DNA of 64,000 nucleotides from an uncultured Gammaproteobacteria bacterium. GTDB taxonomy: Bacteria > Pseudomonadota > Gammaproteobacteria > UBA9214. This document shows positions 20,665 through 29,153 of this stretch, in pieces (position 1 is the stretch's first letter; each line of letters begins with the position of its first letter). The stretch covers positions 32,001-96,000 of the forward strand of contig CAWHCQ010000009.1 of NCBI GenBank assembly GCA_963827755.1, written 5' to 3'. Below the pieces are notes generated by a model. It did no database searches. It was not told the DNA's origin and was given only the letters and a program-made list of their open reading frames with translations. Both the position numbers and the translations under genes were made by a program.

Positions 20665-22413
20665 TTATTGCGCAGTTGCCACGGCTGCCGTTTCCAGGCG
20701 TGCCCTCAGCCGAAACCACAAGCCGGTTGCCAGCACTGCAAGGATGGGCCCGATCGAGGCCATGGACAGCATGCCGAAGCCTTCCACCACCTGCACCGCA
20801 TCGCCGACGCCCAGCCCCATGGCCAGTACCAGCGGTACGGTAACGGGGCCGGTGGTCACTCCGGCGCTGTCCCAGGCAATGTTGACGAACTCCTCGCTGG
20901 ACAGCAAGGTGAGCACGATTGCCAGCAGGTAGGTCGGCAGCAACAGCCAGGCGAGCGGCAGGTCATAGATGATCTTGACCATTCCCAGGGCGATGCCGAA
21001 GGCGACCCCGCCGGAGACGGCGTACATCAGGGTGGATTTTCTGAATACCCCCTGGGTCAGGTTCTGCACGGTGAGCCCGAGGGTGTTCAGCGCCGGTTCG
21101 GCCAGGGTGGCGCCGAAGCCGAGAAACCAGGCGAATACCAGCACCAGGCCGAGGCCGATCGTGTAGAGATACAGCGGCGAGGTTTCAACCGCGGCAATCT
21201 GGGTAAACGCTGCCGGCAACAGGCTGCCGGACTCGCTGCCCAGCCTGGACAGTCCGTGAGTCAGTCCCAGGTTGAAGATGCAGATGCCGGCCACTGTCAG
21301 CACGATGCCATAGCCGATCATGCCGGCGTGCCTGATCTTTTCAGCCAGCACCAGTTTCATCACCAGGTAAAGGAACAAAACGAGCGGCAGGATGGCACGC
21401 AGGCCAAGCACGATTTCCCTGCCGGGCGTCGTCTCGTACCAGGCCGGCACGGCCGCAGACTGGCCGCCGGCCGTGGCGGCCAGCATGATGGACTCGACGG
21501 GGACTGCGGCAGTGACGTAAATGGCCAGGCCGAGCACCCCGATGACGGGAAACAGGGAGGCCAGCGTGACAATGCCGAAGCCGGAGAGGCTTGCATTGCC
21601 TTTGCCTGTCGAGGTGGCGATGCCGATGCCCAGGGCAAGGACCAGCGGCACGGTGACCGGACCCGTGGTGACTGCACCGCAGTCCCAGGCGAGCCCCAGC
21701 ACCTTTTGCAGTTCGGGATGGAACGCGGCATACAGCGACAAACCCAGTGCCGGGACCAGGGTGAGATAAATCATCGGCTTGAGACTCCAGCCATAGAGGA
21801 AGCGCAGGGTACCCAGCACCGCGGCCAGGCCGACACCGCAACCCACCACCAGCACCAGGGCACCGGACCGGTCATTGAGAATGGTGTAAAGATAGGGCGC
21901 GGTCTCCACCGCAACGAGCCGGCCCGCGATCTTCAATGCGCCGATGGCCGGCTCCGCCAGGGTAACGCCGACACCGAGCAGAAAGGTAATGGCCAGGACG
22001 ACCGGCAATGCCGATTTGCGCGGCAGGGTATGGCCGATGATCTCGCCAAGCGGCATCAGCCCCAGCTTCAGTCCCTCCATGAACAACATCAATCCAATGA
22101 TCACGCCGAGCAACCCGAAAGCCATGCTCCAGGGTTCACTGACGACCTGGTTGAGAATAAAGACCAGGAACAGGACCAGGTAGGCAGCCAGCGGGATCAC
22201 GACCCTGAACTGCTCCATGAAACGACCCCGGGCATGGGTCTTGATCAGGCGAAAGATATCGAGGGGGCTTAATGTAACCGGCGGCGCAACATGGGGAATG
22301 ATTTTTCCGTTGGCGTCGAAGCTGACGTCAGGCGTGAGCAGGTTGTAGCTAACCTGGTGCTCGACCAGAGAGACATTACGCAGGTATTCACTGTAGCGGA
22401 TGGTGTCTGTCAT
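20665..22413 (-). CDS. DUF1538 membrane protein (two fused DUF1538 domains)
   Basis: TLAEPA and AWD(C/S)xxVTTGPVTVPLVLA motifs each occur twice. Confidence 0.9.
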   Translation of the reverse strand: MTDTIRYSEYLRNVSLVEHQVSYNLLTPDVSFDANGKIIPHVAPPVTLSPLDIFRLIKTHARGRFMEQFRVVIPLAAYLVLFLVFILNQVVSEPWSMAFGLLGVIIGLMLFMEGLKLGLMPLGEIIGHTLPRKSALPVVLAITFLLGVGVTLAEPAIGALKIAGRLVAVETAPYLYTILNDRSGALVLVVGCGVGLAAVLGTLRFLYGWSLKPMIYLTLVPALGLSLYAAFHPELQKVLGLAWDCGAVTTGPVTVPLVLALGIGIATSTGKGNASLSGFGIVTLASLFPVIGVLGLAIYVTAAVPVESIMLAATAGGQSAAVPAWYETTPGREIVLGLRAILPLVLFLYLVMKLVLAEKIRHAGMIGYGIVLTVAGICIFNLGLTHGLSRLGSESGSLLPAAFTQIAAVETSPLYLYTIGLGLVLVFAWFLGFGATLAEPALNTLGLTVQNLTQGVFRKSTLMYAVSGGVAFGIALGMVKIIYDLPLAWLLLPTYLLAIVLTLLSSEEFVNIAWDSAGVTTGPVTVPLVLAMGLGVGDAVQVVEGFGMLSMASIGPILAVLATGLWFRLRARLETAAVATAQ

Positions 22414-22452
22414 GGGACTGGAAAATGACCGGCTTTTACTCGCAGGCCCACT

Positions 22453-23592
22453 CTACCCTTTTTTATGTTCGACTGCGCGCCGGCTTTGCGAGTAGCTCCG
22501 CCAGACCTGCAGCTGGAGTGCGCCAAGCCCGAGGACGAACAGGACGAACACCGCAAGGCCGCCGACCACGGGAATAATCTGCACCAGCAGGAGCGCCAGC
22601 AGCGCGAGCACAATGGAGAACACGCGCAGACCCTTGCCTGCGGTTTTCGCCTTGCCGGTGAGACGCAGGCCGGCGTCGCCCACGTAGATCACGCCGCTGA
22701 GGAATCCGCCGAGCAGGGACACCGAGTACCAGGCAAGCAGGGGCAACGCCACCAGCATGCCGATCACGCTGACCAACAGCAGCAGCACCACGAAGGGGGT
22801 GGCGAACAACACGGCAACGCCGATACCCAGCGCGGTAAGGGGTGATCGCCGCAGGCCATCGGCGCCGGCCACGCTGAAGGCCGGGAACAGCAGGTAATAG
22901 ACGCAGCCCGCCACTGCCAGCGCCACAAGGAAAACGAAACCCGCACCCCTGCCCTGCGGTTCCTTGTAAAGCACAGGCCTGGCAATGATGTCGCCCTCGA
23001 TCACGGCCCCGGCGGCAATGTGCGGTTTATTGTCGCTGCGGTAGACCAGGTTTCCCCTGAGCCTGGCGCCAGGAAAAATGCGGATTTCTTCGGCCATGAG
23101 TTCCACGTCGCCCGCGACGTCGGCAGAGACCGTCACGGCCTGCGCCGCCACCTTGAGTTCCCCGCCCACCTGGCCGGCCACGTTCACTTCCCGCCCCGCA
23201 AGCCACGCCCACCCGCCGATGGTCGCAGCCGGCGTGATGTTGACGGTCTCACCGGCGGCGACGACATGACCCGCGACCAATCCTGCGATGCTGACGGAGC
23301 GCCCGGCCGCGCGCACATCGTCGTCGACCCGTGCCCGGACCGTCACGGTCTCGCCGGCAACCAGCACATCGCCGCCCACCGATTCATCGATCGTGACGCG
23401 ATTCCCCGCCGCGACCACATCACCCTTCGCCTGTGCCATCACATCCACGCTGCGACCGGCAACGTACAGGTCATCTTCTATCGTGCCGCGCTTGACCACC
23501 ACCTCCCCGGTCTCCTGTGCAAACAACAGCGACCCGGTCGACAGTGCAATCAGCAGGCCAGGCAGTGTCCAGAATCTATGACGGTTTCGCAT
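22453..23592 (-). CDS. Membrane protein with beta-helix (bactofilin-like) repeats
   Basis: Signal peptide, repeated VxGDVxxAGxxVxI units, then multiple TM helices. Confidence 0.75.
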   Translation of the reverse strand: MRNRHRFWTLPGLLIALSTGSLLFAQETGEVVVKRGTIEDDLYVAGRSVDVMAQAKGDVVAAGNRVTIDESVGGDVLVAGETVTVRARVDDDVRAAGRSVSIAGLVAGHVVAAGETVNITPAATIGGWAWLAGREVNVAGQVGGELKVAAQAVTVSADVAGDVELMAEEIRIFPGARLRGNLVYRSDNKPHIAAGAVIEGDIIARPVLYKEPQGRGAGFVFLVALAVAGCVYYLLFPAFSVAGADGLRRSPLTALGIGVAVLFATPFVVLLLLVSVIGMLVALPLLAWYSVSLLGGFLSGVIYVGDAGLRLTGKAKTAGKGLRVFSIVLALLALLLVQIIPVVGGLAVFVLFVLGLGALQLQVWRSYSQSRRAVEHKKG

Positions 23593-23605
23593 CGCAGGGT
23601 GCGAC

Positions 23606-24016
23606 TTATTCCGGCACGCCCTGCCAGAGCATCTGGTAACCCAGTTCGTAGGTCTCGTCGCAGAATTCCGCCAGCGCCTGGAATTTCTCCTTGAATATGG
23701 TGTCGGCGTGCGATTTCTCGTGCTGTTCGAACGACTTCCAGAAAGTCACGATGGCCAGCTCGCCCTGCTTGATCTTCGCGGCGGTCTCGTTATCTTCCGG
23801 TGACTCGCCAACCGTACCCTCTTCGGAAACAAAACCGGAATACTTGTAGACCTGCCCTGCGATGAAGCCGCCATTCTCGTCGCCATAGGTGTTTTTCACG
23901 ACATTGCACATCTCGCCCAGAGCCAGCTCGACGTCTTCAACAGTGACACCGTCCTTCAGGTCAACCACGTTGAACATCATCACGCAGCCGAAGGGTATTT
24001 CAATGGGTGCAAACAT
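23606..24016 (-). CDS. Hypothetical protein, Dabb/ABM-type fold, similar to the sulfur oxygenase reductase N-domain
   Basis: RBS GGAG; motifs GEMCNV, TFWKSFEQHEKSH, YELGY. Confidence 0.6.
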   Translation of the reverse strand: MFAPIEIPFGCVMMFNVVDLKDGVTVEDVELALGEMCNVVKNTYGDENGGFIAGQVYKYSGFVSEEGTVGESPEDNETAAKIKQGELAIVTFWKSFEQHEKSHADTIFKEKFQALAEFCDETYELGYQMLWQGVPE

Positions 24017-24111
24017 ATTCTTTCTCCGTTAGAGCCAAAAATCCAGGGGACAGTATACGCTACCCTGTAGGAGCGGATCTCATCCGCGATCATGGCCTTG
24101 ACCGATACGGA

Positions 24112-24825
24112 TTAACGCGGTGCACGCCAGGGAACAAGCATCGGCACGCGCGACTGGTATTCCCTGTACCTGTCACCGAGTGTTACCACCAGGTCGCGCT
24201 CTTCCAGCAGAGTGCCGGCAATAATCCACGCGCTCCAGAGCACGTTGAACAACAGGCGATCCGCCGTGAGGTCAGGCTGCGACCAGATCATCACAAGGAT
24301 AAAGAAGTATTGCGGATGCCTGACCCATCGATAGGGGCCACGTTCGTCGAGGCAGGCCAGCGGCTCTGATGTGCCGCGCAGATGACAGCTGATCGCCCGC
24401 AAACCGAAGATATCGAATGAGCGCAGCGCCAGGTTGCTCCAGACAATTCCACCGATTGCAGCCACGAACAGGACGCGCATTGCGAGGCGCACCGGGTCGT
24501 TCGCAGTTACCAGCACAGGCTCGGAGACCTGCCAGAGGAACACGACGCCATACAGGCATATTCCGGCGGCGATCGAGTAGGCGGCGCCGTGGTAGTACTC
24601 CGGGGCCAGGCTTGCAAACCACGCCTTGAACACGCGGCGAATCATGCCGCTGTGCTGGGCGAAGAAAACCGCTGAAAGACCCGCATCAAATACCAACACG
24701 GCTGTCGTCTGTTTACAGAAAACCAGCAGTTGCCACGGACCCGTGAAAAGAAAAACGGTAAACGCAACCAGTGCGGTAATTCCAAACAGTGCAGAGAGCA
24801 CCTGTGCAAGCCGGGGTCCGGACAT
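24112..24825 (-). CDS. Isoprenylcysteine carboxylmethyltransferase family, MddA-like S-methyltransferase
   Basis: FFAQHSGM, GPYRWVRHP, LEERDLV..Y.EYQSRVPMLVP. Confidence 0.75.
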   Translation of the reverse strand: MSGPRLAQVLSALFGITALVAFTVFLFTGPWQLLVFCKQTTAVLVFDAGLSAVFFAQHSGMIRRVFKAWFASLAPEYYHGAAYSIAAGICLYGVVFLWQVSEPVLVTANDPVRLAMRVLFVAAIGGIVWSNLALRSFDIFGLRAISCHLRGTSEPLACLDERGPYRWVRHPQYFFILVMIWSQPDLTADRLLFNVLWSAWIIAGTLLEERDLVVTLGDRYREYQSRVPMLVPWRAPR

Positions 24826-25011
24826 GGATGGCCGGGATTCGCCGCCATCGCCGGACTGCCGTTCGCCTGAACTGTTCTTTTTAATGGGGCCGCACCTGCA
24901 GAAGTTGTTGTGGCAACCGGAAACCGGACCAATAAGCAGCGCGCCTGGCGTTTGTCAGCATCACTTCACGCCCTCGACCGATACAGTCATCCGCCCCGTG
25001 TCCCCGCTATC

Positions 25012-25701
25012 CTACGCCCTGCGCAGGAACGCAAGCCAGCGTGCCAGGTTCAGCAGGCTGGCGAGCGAGCCGGCCACGTAGGTCAGGGCCGCTGCCCGCA
25101 GCACCCTGCGCACGGCCGCCTCGTCATCGGGCTGAATGTAGTGACCGGCGACGAGAATCGGTAACGCCTTGTTGAAGCTGGCGTCGATCTCGACCGGGAG
25201 GGTAACCAGGTGCACCAGGGTGGCGCTGGCCATACTGCCCAGTCCGATGGCGGCCATGAGCAGGCCGGCCGATGGCGCACGGGTGATTGCCAGCGCAACC
25301 GGCAGCAGGAACATGGCACCGGCACCGAGCTGCTGGGTGGTCTGCGCCAGCCTGACCAGGCGATGGCGCAGCGCAAGCTTTGGCTCGTTGCGCTGGTGCT
25401 GTATGGCATGGCCCACCTCGTGCGCAGCCACCGCCACGGCCGTCAGCGAGTTGTGATCGTAGTTGTCGGGACCCAGCCGTACTGCGCGCACTTCCGGATC
25501 ATAGTGATCGCCGCCCGGTTGCGTTTTCTCCACCGGGACATCAGCCATCCCGAACTGGTCCAGCAAATGGCGTGCAAGCTCGCCGCCTGTTCCGGGAATC
25601 CGCGGCAGCACCCCGGCATAACGCCGGAAGGTGTAACGCGCCCACCACTGCGGACCGAATACCAGCAGCAACAGGAACAGGATGATAAGAATAATGTGCA
25701 T
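25012..25701 (-). CDS. Zinc metallopeptidase (YugP-like)
   Basis: DHYDP, AAHEVGHAIQ, TLPVEIDAS, AAALTYVA. Confidence 0.9.
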   Translation of the reverse strand: MHIILIILFLLLLVFGPQWWARYTFRRYAGVLPRIPGTGGELARHLLDQFGMADVPVEKTQPGGDHYDPEVRAVRLGPDNYDHNSLTAVAVAAHEVGHAIQHQRNEPKLALRHRLVRLAQTTQQLGAGAMFLLPVALAITRAPSAGLLMAAIGLGSMASATLVHLVTLPVEIDASFNKALPILVAGHYIQPDDEAAVRRVLRAAALTYVAGSLASLLNLARWLAFLRRA

Positions 25702-25816
25702 GGCTTATGACTGAATGAACTCTGCCTGATACGTCTTGAACATTGCAAATCAATCGCGTCTGACTCTATTGACTTTGCGCCAGCGGACTGCGTCTGTATA
25801 TCCTATAATTATAGCC

Positions 25817-26356
25817 ATGAAACGAAGCTGCCTGATCAGGCACGGATGGCTGCCGGCGGTGGCGTTGTGCTGCTGCCTGCCCTGCCTTGCGGCCACCGTT
25901 TACAGGACGGTGGATGCAAACGGCGTGGTCAGCTTTTCCAGCACCAAACCGGAAGGCGACGCCCCGGTGGAGACCCTGGTGATCGACACCCTGGCGCCAC
26001 AACCCGGCGATGCAGAGCGGCAACGCCTGCAGGCCATGCGCGAGATCGCCGAGCGCATGGCCGCCGATCGCATGGCGCGCGAGAAACACCGCGCCGAACT
26101 TCGCCTGTTACAGGCACAGGCGCAACGCCGCTACCAGGCTCCGGAGCAACCCCTGCCGGACAACACCCGCCATTACATCGGCTATCCATCAGGATACCCG
26201 CGCTATTACACCTACCCGGCACGACGACCCTGGAAACACGGGCACAGGCCATGGCCAGAGTACCCGCCTGCATGGCCCTCGCCACATCGCCCACGGCAAG
26301 ATCACCGCCCCGGATCCCCCTCTCGCCCCCTGGCAGCGATTAACCCGCAGCGCTGA
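25817..26356 (+). CDS. DUF4124 domain exported protein
   Basis: Signal peptide then VYRTVDANGVVSFSSTKP; Pro/Tyr-rich tail. Confidence 0.75.
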   Translation: MKRSCLIRHGWLPAVALCCCLPCLAATVYRTVDANGVVSFSSTKPEGDAPVETLVIDTLAPQPGDAERQRLQAMREIAERMAADRMAREKHRAELRLLQAQAQRRYQAPEQPLPDNTRHYIGYPSGYPRYYTYPARRPWKHGHRPWPEYPPAWPSPHRPRQDHRPGSPSRPLAAINPQR

Positions 26357-26658
26357 TACGCAAGGGCTGGCGCCCTGAAATCGGCACATCAAAGGGATCA
26401 GCCCCCTGTTGTCCTGGTCACCAACAAACAAATAGAACCTCCCCTCCCGCGCAGGGACGGCTGCATGGATGCAGGAGCAATTGCCGAAAGCACCAGGGAA
26501 AAACCCATGGAATCAGCATGTTAGCCTTATATTGCTCAACTCCCCAACCCTCGCCCTGCGGGAGAGAGTAAAGCCGCCGGGCTAACGCAGGCCTGAGCCC
26601 ACTGATTTGAGGAAAATCAACAGCTACCGATACTAATAAGACAAACCCGGAGCTTGCC

Positions 26659-27492
26659 ATGAACAAATTGACATCTTTTTTCGCCCTTGTTGCCGCCCTT
26701 GTTGCCGCCACGATGGCCATCAGCTTCGCGGAAAGTGCACACTCGGGCGAAACAACAGCCGAGGAACCGGCCGTGCCTGTCCAACAAACTCCCGCGCCCG
26801 CAAGCAGGGTTGTGCCGGGTGGCAATGCACAGGCCTGGCAGCAACCGCGCTACTGGCCTGTACCTCAGCGGGGTTACCGTCAAGCGCCGCCTGGCTATCC
26901 ACCGGCCGGACAATACCCGGCCTATCCTGCGGCGCCTGCGGTGGCCCCGGCAGCCCGGGTGAACCCACTCAGTGCCGAACTGAAACAGATACAGGACCAA
27001 TTGACCGCGAAAAGCCGCGAACTGGAAGAGGCCCGCAGCATGCTTGAGCAACTGCGCGGGGACCTGCAGGACAGTCTTGCAGCTGAAGAAGCCCTCTCCG
27101 ACAAGATCGCATACAGCACCCGCGAGCAAAATGCCTTGCGCATGCGCGTGACAGAACTGGTCAAGACACTGAACACGGCCAACGTCACAATGGAACAGCA
27201 GCACCAGCTCATCAACAACCACCAGGCAAGCAACCGGAATCTCACCGCGGAACGCGATCGTCTAAAGAGCGAACTCGCCAGCCGGAACGAACAACTCGCA
27301 GCACTACAGGCTGAACTGCAGGCGGCCACGCAGGCCCTCGCGCAGGCAAGGACCAGCGCCGGCACCGCTGCCGAGGCACTCAGTGCAGCCATGACGCAGA
27401 TCGGCACGCACATGGACGAACTGACCAGGCTTGAAGCCAAACTGCAGCAGCTGGAAACCCGCCTGCAGAACGACTGGAAATCAATCAAGTAA
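26659..27492 (+). CDS. Exported coiled-coil protein
   Basis: Signal peptide, P/Y/A/Q-rich segment, long heptad region. Confidence 0.7.
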   Translation: MNKLTSFFALVAALVAATMAISFAESAHSGETTAEEPAVPVQQTPAPASRVVPGGNAQAWQQPRYWPVPQRGYRQAPPGYPPAGQYPAYPAAPAVAPAARVNPLSAELKQIQDQLTAKSRELEEARSMLEQLRGDLQDSLAAEEALSDKIAYSTREQNALRMRVTELVKTLNTANVTMEQQHQLINNHQASNRNLTAERDRLKSELASRNEQLAALQAELQAATQALAQARTSAGTAAEALSAAMTQIGTHMDELTRLEAKLQQLETRLQNDWKSIK

Positions 27493-27633
27493 AGCAGAAT
27501 CGATCGGAATCGATCGGGTCAGACTCACTACTGTCCCACATAATCATTACGAAAGATTATTGAATGCTGCTATTCCGGTGATTACATTGTGTTGAGCGGT
27601 ATGTGGACATGAAATTCCAAAACAATAATAAAC

Positions 27634-27718
27634 TCATACCCGCGAAGACGGGTATCCAGTAAGTCACTGATTAGCCGGGGCACAAAATTCCTGGATTCCC
27701 GTCTTCGCGGGAATGACG
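27634..27718. repeat. TCAT(T/A)CCCGCG-type REP doublet
   Basis: TCATACCCGCGAAGACGGGTATCCAG ... CTGGATTCCCGTCTTCGCGGGAATGACG inverted pair. Confidence 0.75.
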
Positions 27719-27734
27719 GCGTGGAGGCCGGGAC

Positions 27735-27917
27735 TCAGTCGTTACCGGATTCTCTGCCCAATGCGTTACCTATCGTGGCAGACATTGTAGCGATGACCAG
27801 AAAAACGATAAACCCGAAGCCTGCGTTGCCTTCATTGCCAAAACCGTTTCTCAGCATGAGATATATGGCGAACAGATAGGCGCCACCTGCGATGTAGCCC
27901 AGAATTTTACGTATCAT
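27735..27917 (-). CDS. Small two-TM membrane protein
   Basis: RBS GGGAGG; two hydrophobic helices. Confidence 0.6.
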   Translation of the reverse strand: MIRKILGYIAGGAYLFAIYLMLRNGFGNEGNAGFGFIVFLVIATMSATIGNALGRESGND

Positions 27918-28021
27918 GAAAAACCTCCCTGCCGGTAGAATTAGGAGATCTCATCAGCGCCTGTGCATGTACTGATAATCCCCGTCAGGCTGTATATCGG
28001 CAGAAAGCTGAATTTCTGAAT

Positions 28022-28081
28022 AATGGTATCAGGGCATATTTTCTCCTTGCATTAGAGTTAGATGCGCCCCGACACCGTATT
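28022..28081 (+). repeat. Hairpin element family A (degenerate copy)
   Basis: GGTATCAGGGCATATTT..TTAGAGTTAGATGCGCCCCGACACC; overlaps the SPOR gene stop codon. Confidence 0.6.
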
Positions 28082-29011
28082 CTCCCTGACTATCCATACG
28101 TCATCTATTCCGAGCTTTTCTTTAACCGGCACGGCCGCGGCCTTTGCCGCCCTTACCGTGGGGAAGCCCGTTACCTGCAAGCGCCAGTACGTCCTGCCCT
28201 TGACTTCAGCGCTATGGATTTCCACCGCAATATCCATGGATCGCGCCCTGGCGGCAGACAGTTCTATATTTCCCTTGTTTCGTGAAGACATGAGGTTTAT
28301 CGCCCACGGGCCCTTTTTATCGGCGGTTGCCGGTTTGGCGGGCGTCTGTGCGGCTGTTTTCTTGCTGGCCATGGAAGCCCGTGTGACAGGTGTTTGGGGT
28401 GTCATTCCGACAGCGGTCTTGCCTGCAACTGCTTTTGGTCCTGAAGTCGGGCCCGCGCTGGTGGGCTGCAGCTGTGCAGCCCCGGCCCTGATCGTTGCTT
28501 CTGCAGCCGGCAGGACGTCAGTCCGGGTGCCTGCGACTGGCGTCGATTCCGGAATATTGGAAAGCCCGGCCACGGGCGTCTTCCCTGACGGCGGTTTAGC
28601 CGCCGCCGGCTTCAGGCTCTCAGGCCGCGCCGGGGAGTTGATCTGTCCGGGGCTGTCGCCGCCGGCTGCCGGTGTGCCCTGTACGGGCCTGCCGGGTAAG
28701 CGTTGGGGAATGCGCTGTCCAAGTTTCCTGTCCAGCGAGGCGATGGCATTGCCCAGTGCCGCCATCCGCGCATTCAACGAGGTATACCTGCCCTCCAGCA
28801 GGGAGGCGTTGAATACCTGTTCCCGCATTTCGGAAAGCTCGGAGGCCTGCCTGTAGGTGAGTGATTCCAGCTTGCTTAGCCGGTTGTTTACACCGGTCGT
28901 GAAGAGGTAAACGCCTGTGATGCAGATGGCAAGGACAATGATAAGGTATCCATAGTAGAAAGCCCGGTGGGAGCGCTTGTTACGGGGTGGCTGTGGTGCA
29001 TTTGCCTGCAT
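28058..29011 (-). CDS. SPOR domain protein
   Basis: TM, coiled coil, P/A linker, C-terminal WAINLMS..YWRLQVTGF..LGIDDVWI. Confidence 0.8.
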   Translation of the reverse strand: MQANAPQPPRNKRSHRAFYYGYLIIVLAICITGVYLFTTGVNNRLSKLESLTYRQASELSEMREQVFNASLLEGRYTSLNARMAALGNAIASLDRKLGQRIPQRLPGRPVQGTPAAGGDSPGQINSPARPESLKPAAAKPPSGKTPVAGLSNIPESTPVAGTRTDVLPAAEATIRAGAAQLQPTSAGPTSGPKAVAGKTAVGMTPQTPVTRASMASKKTAAQTPAKPATADKKGPWAINLMSSRNKGNIELSAARARSMDIAVEIHSAEVKGRTYWRLQVTGFPTVRAAKAAAVPVKEKLGIDDVWIVRENTVSGRI

Positions 29012-29083
29012 GGCTGCCTCGGTATCTGTAATGGGTTGTTGACAGCCTGAAATATACGATGATTTTCGGAGTATAAGAAGCAC

Positions 29084-29143
29084 AAATGGTGTCGAAGCAC
29101 ATTTAACTCTGATATAAGAAGCAAATGTGCTCCGACATCCCTT
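29084..29143 (-). repeat. Hairpin element family A
   Basis: GGTGTCGAAGCACATTTAACTCTGATATAAGAAGCAAATGTGCTCCGACATC. Confidence 0.8.
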
Positions 29144-29153
29144 ATCCGGCCCA

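Noticed and set aside
20644-22272. Long opposite-strand ORFs (also 9636-10703, 29142-30572, 31178-32482)
   Set aside because: Antisense shadows of well-supported genes in GC-rich DNA; no recognisable motifs.
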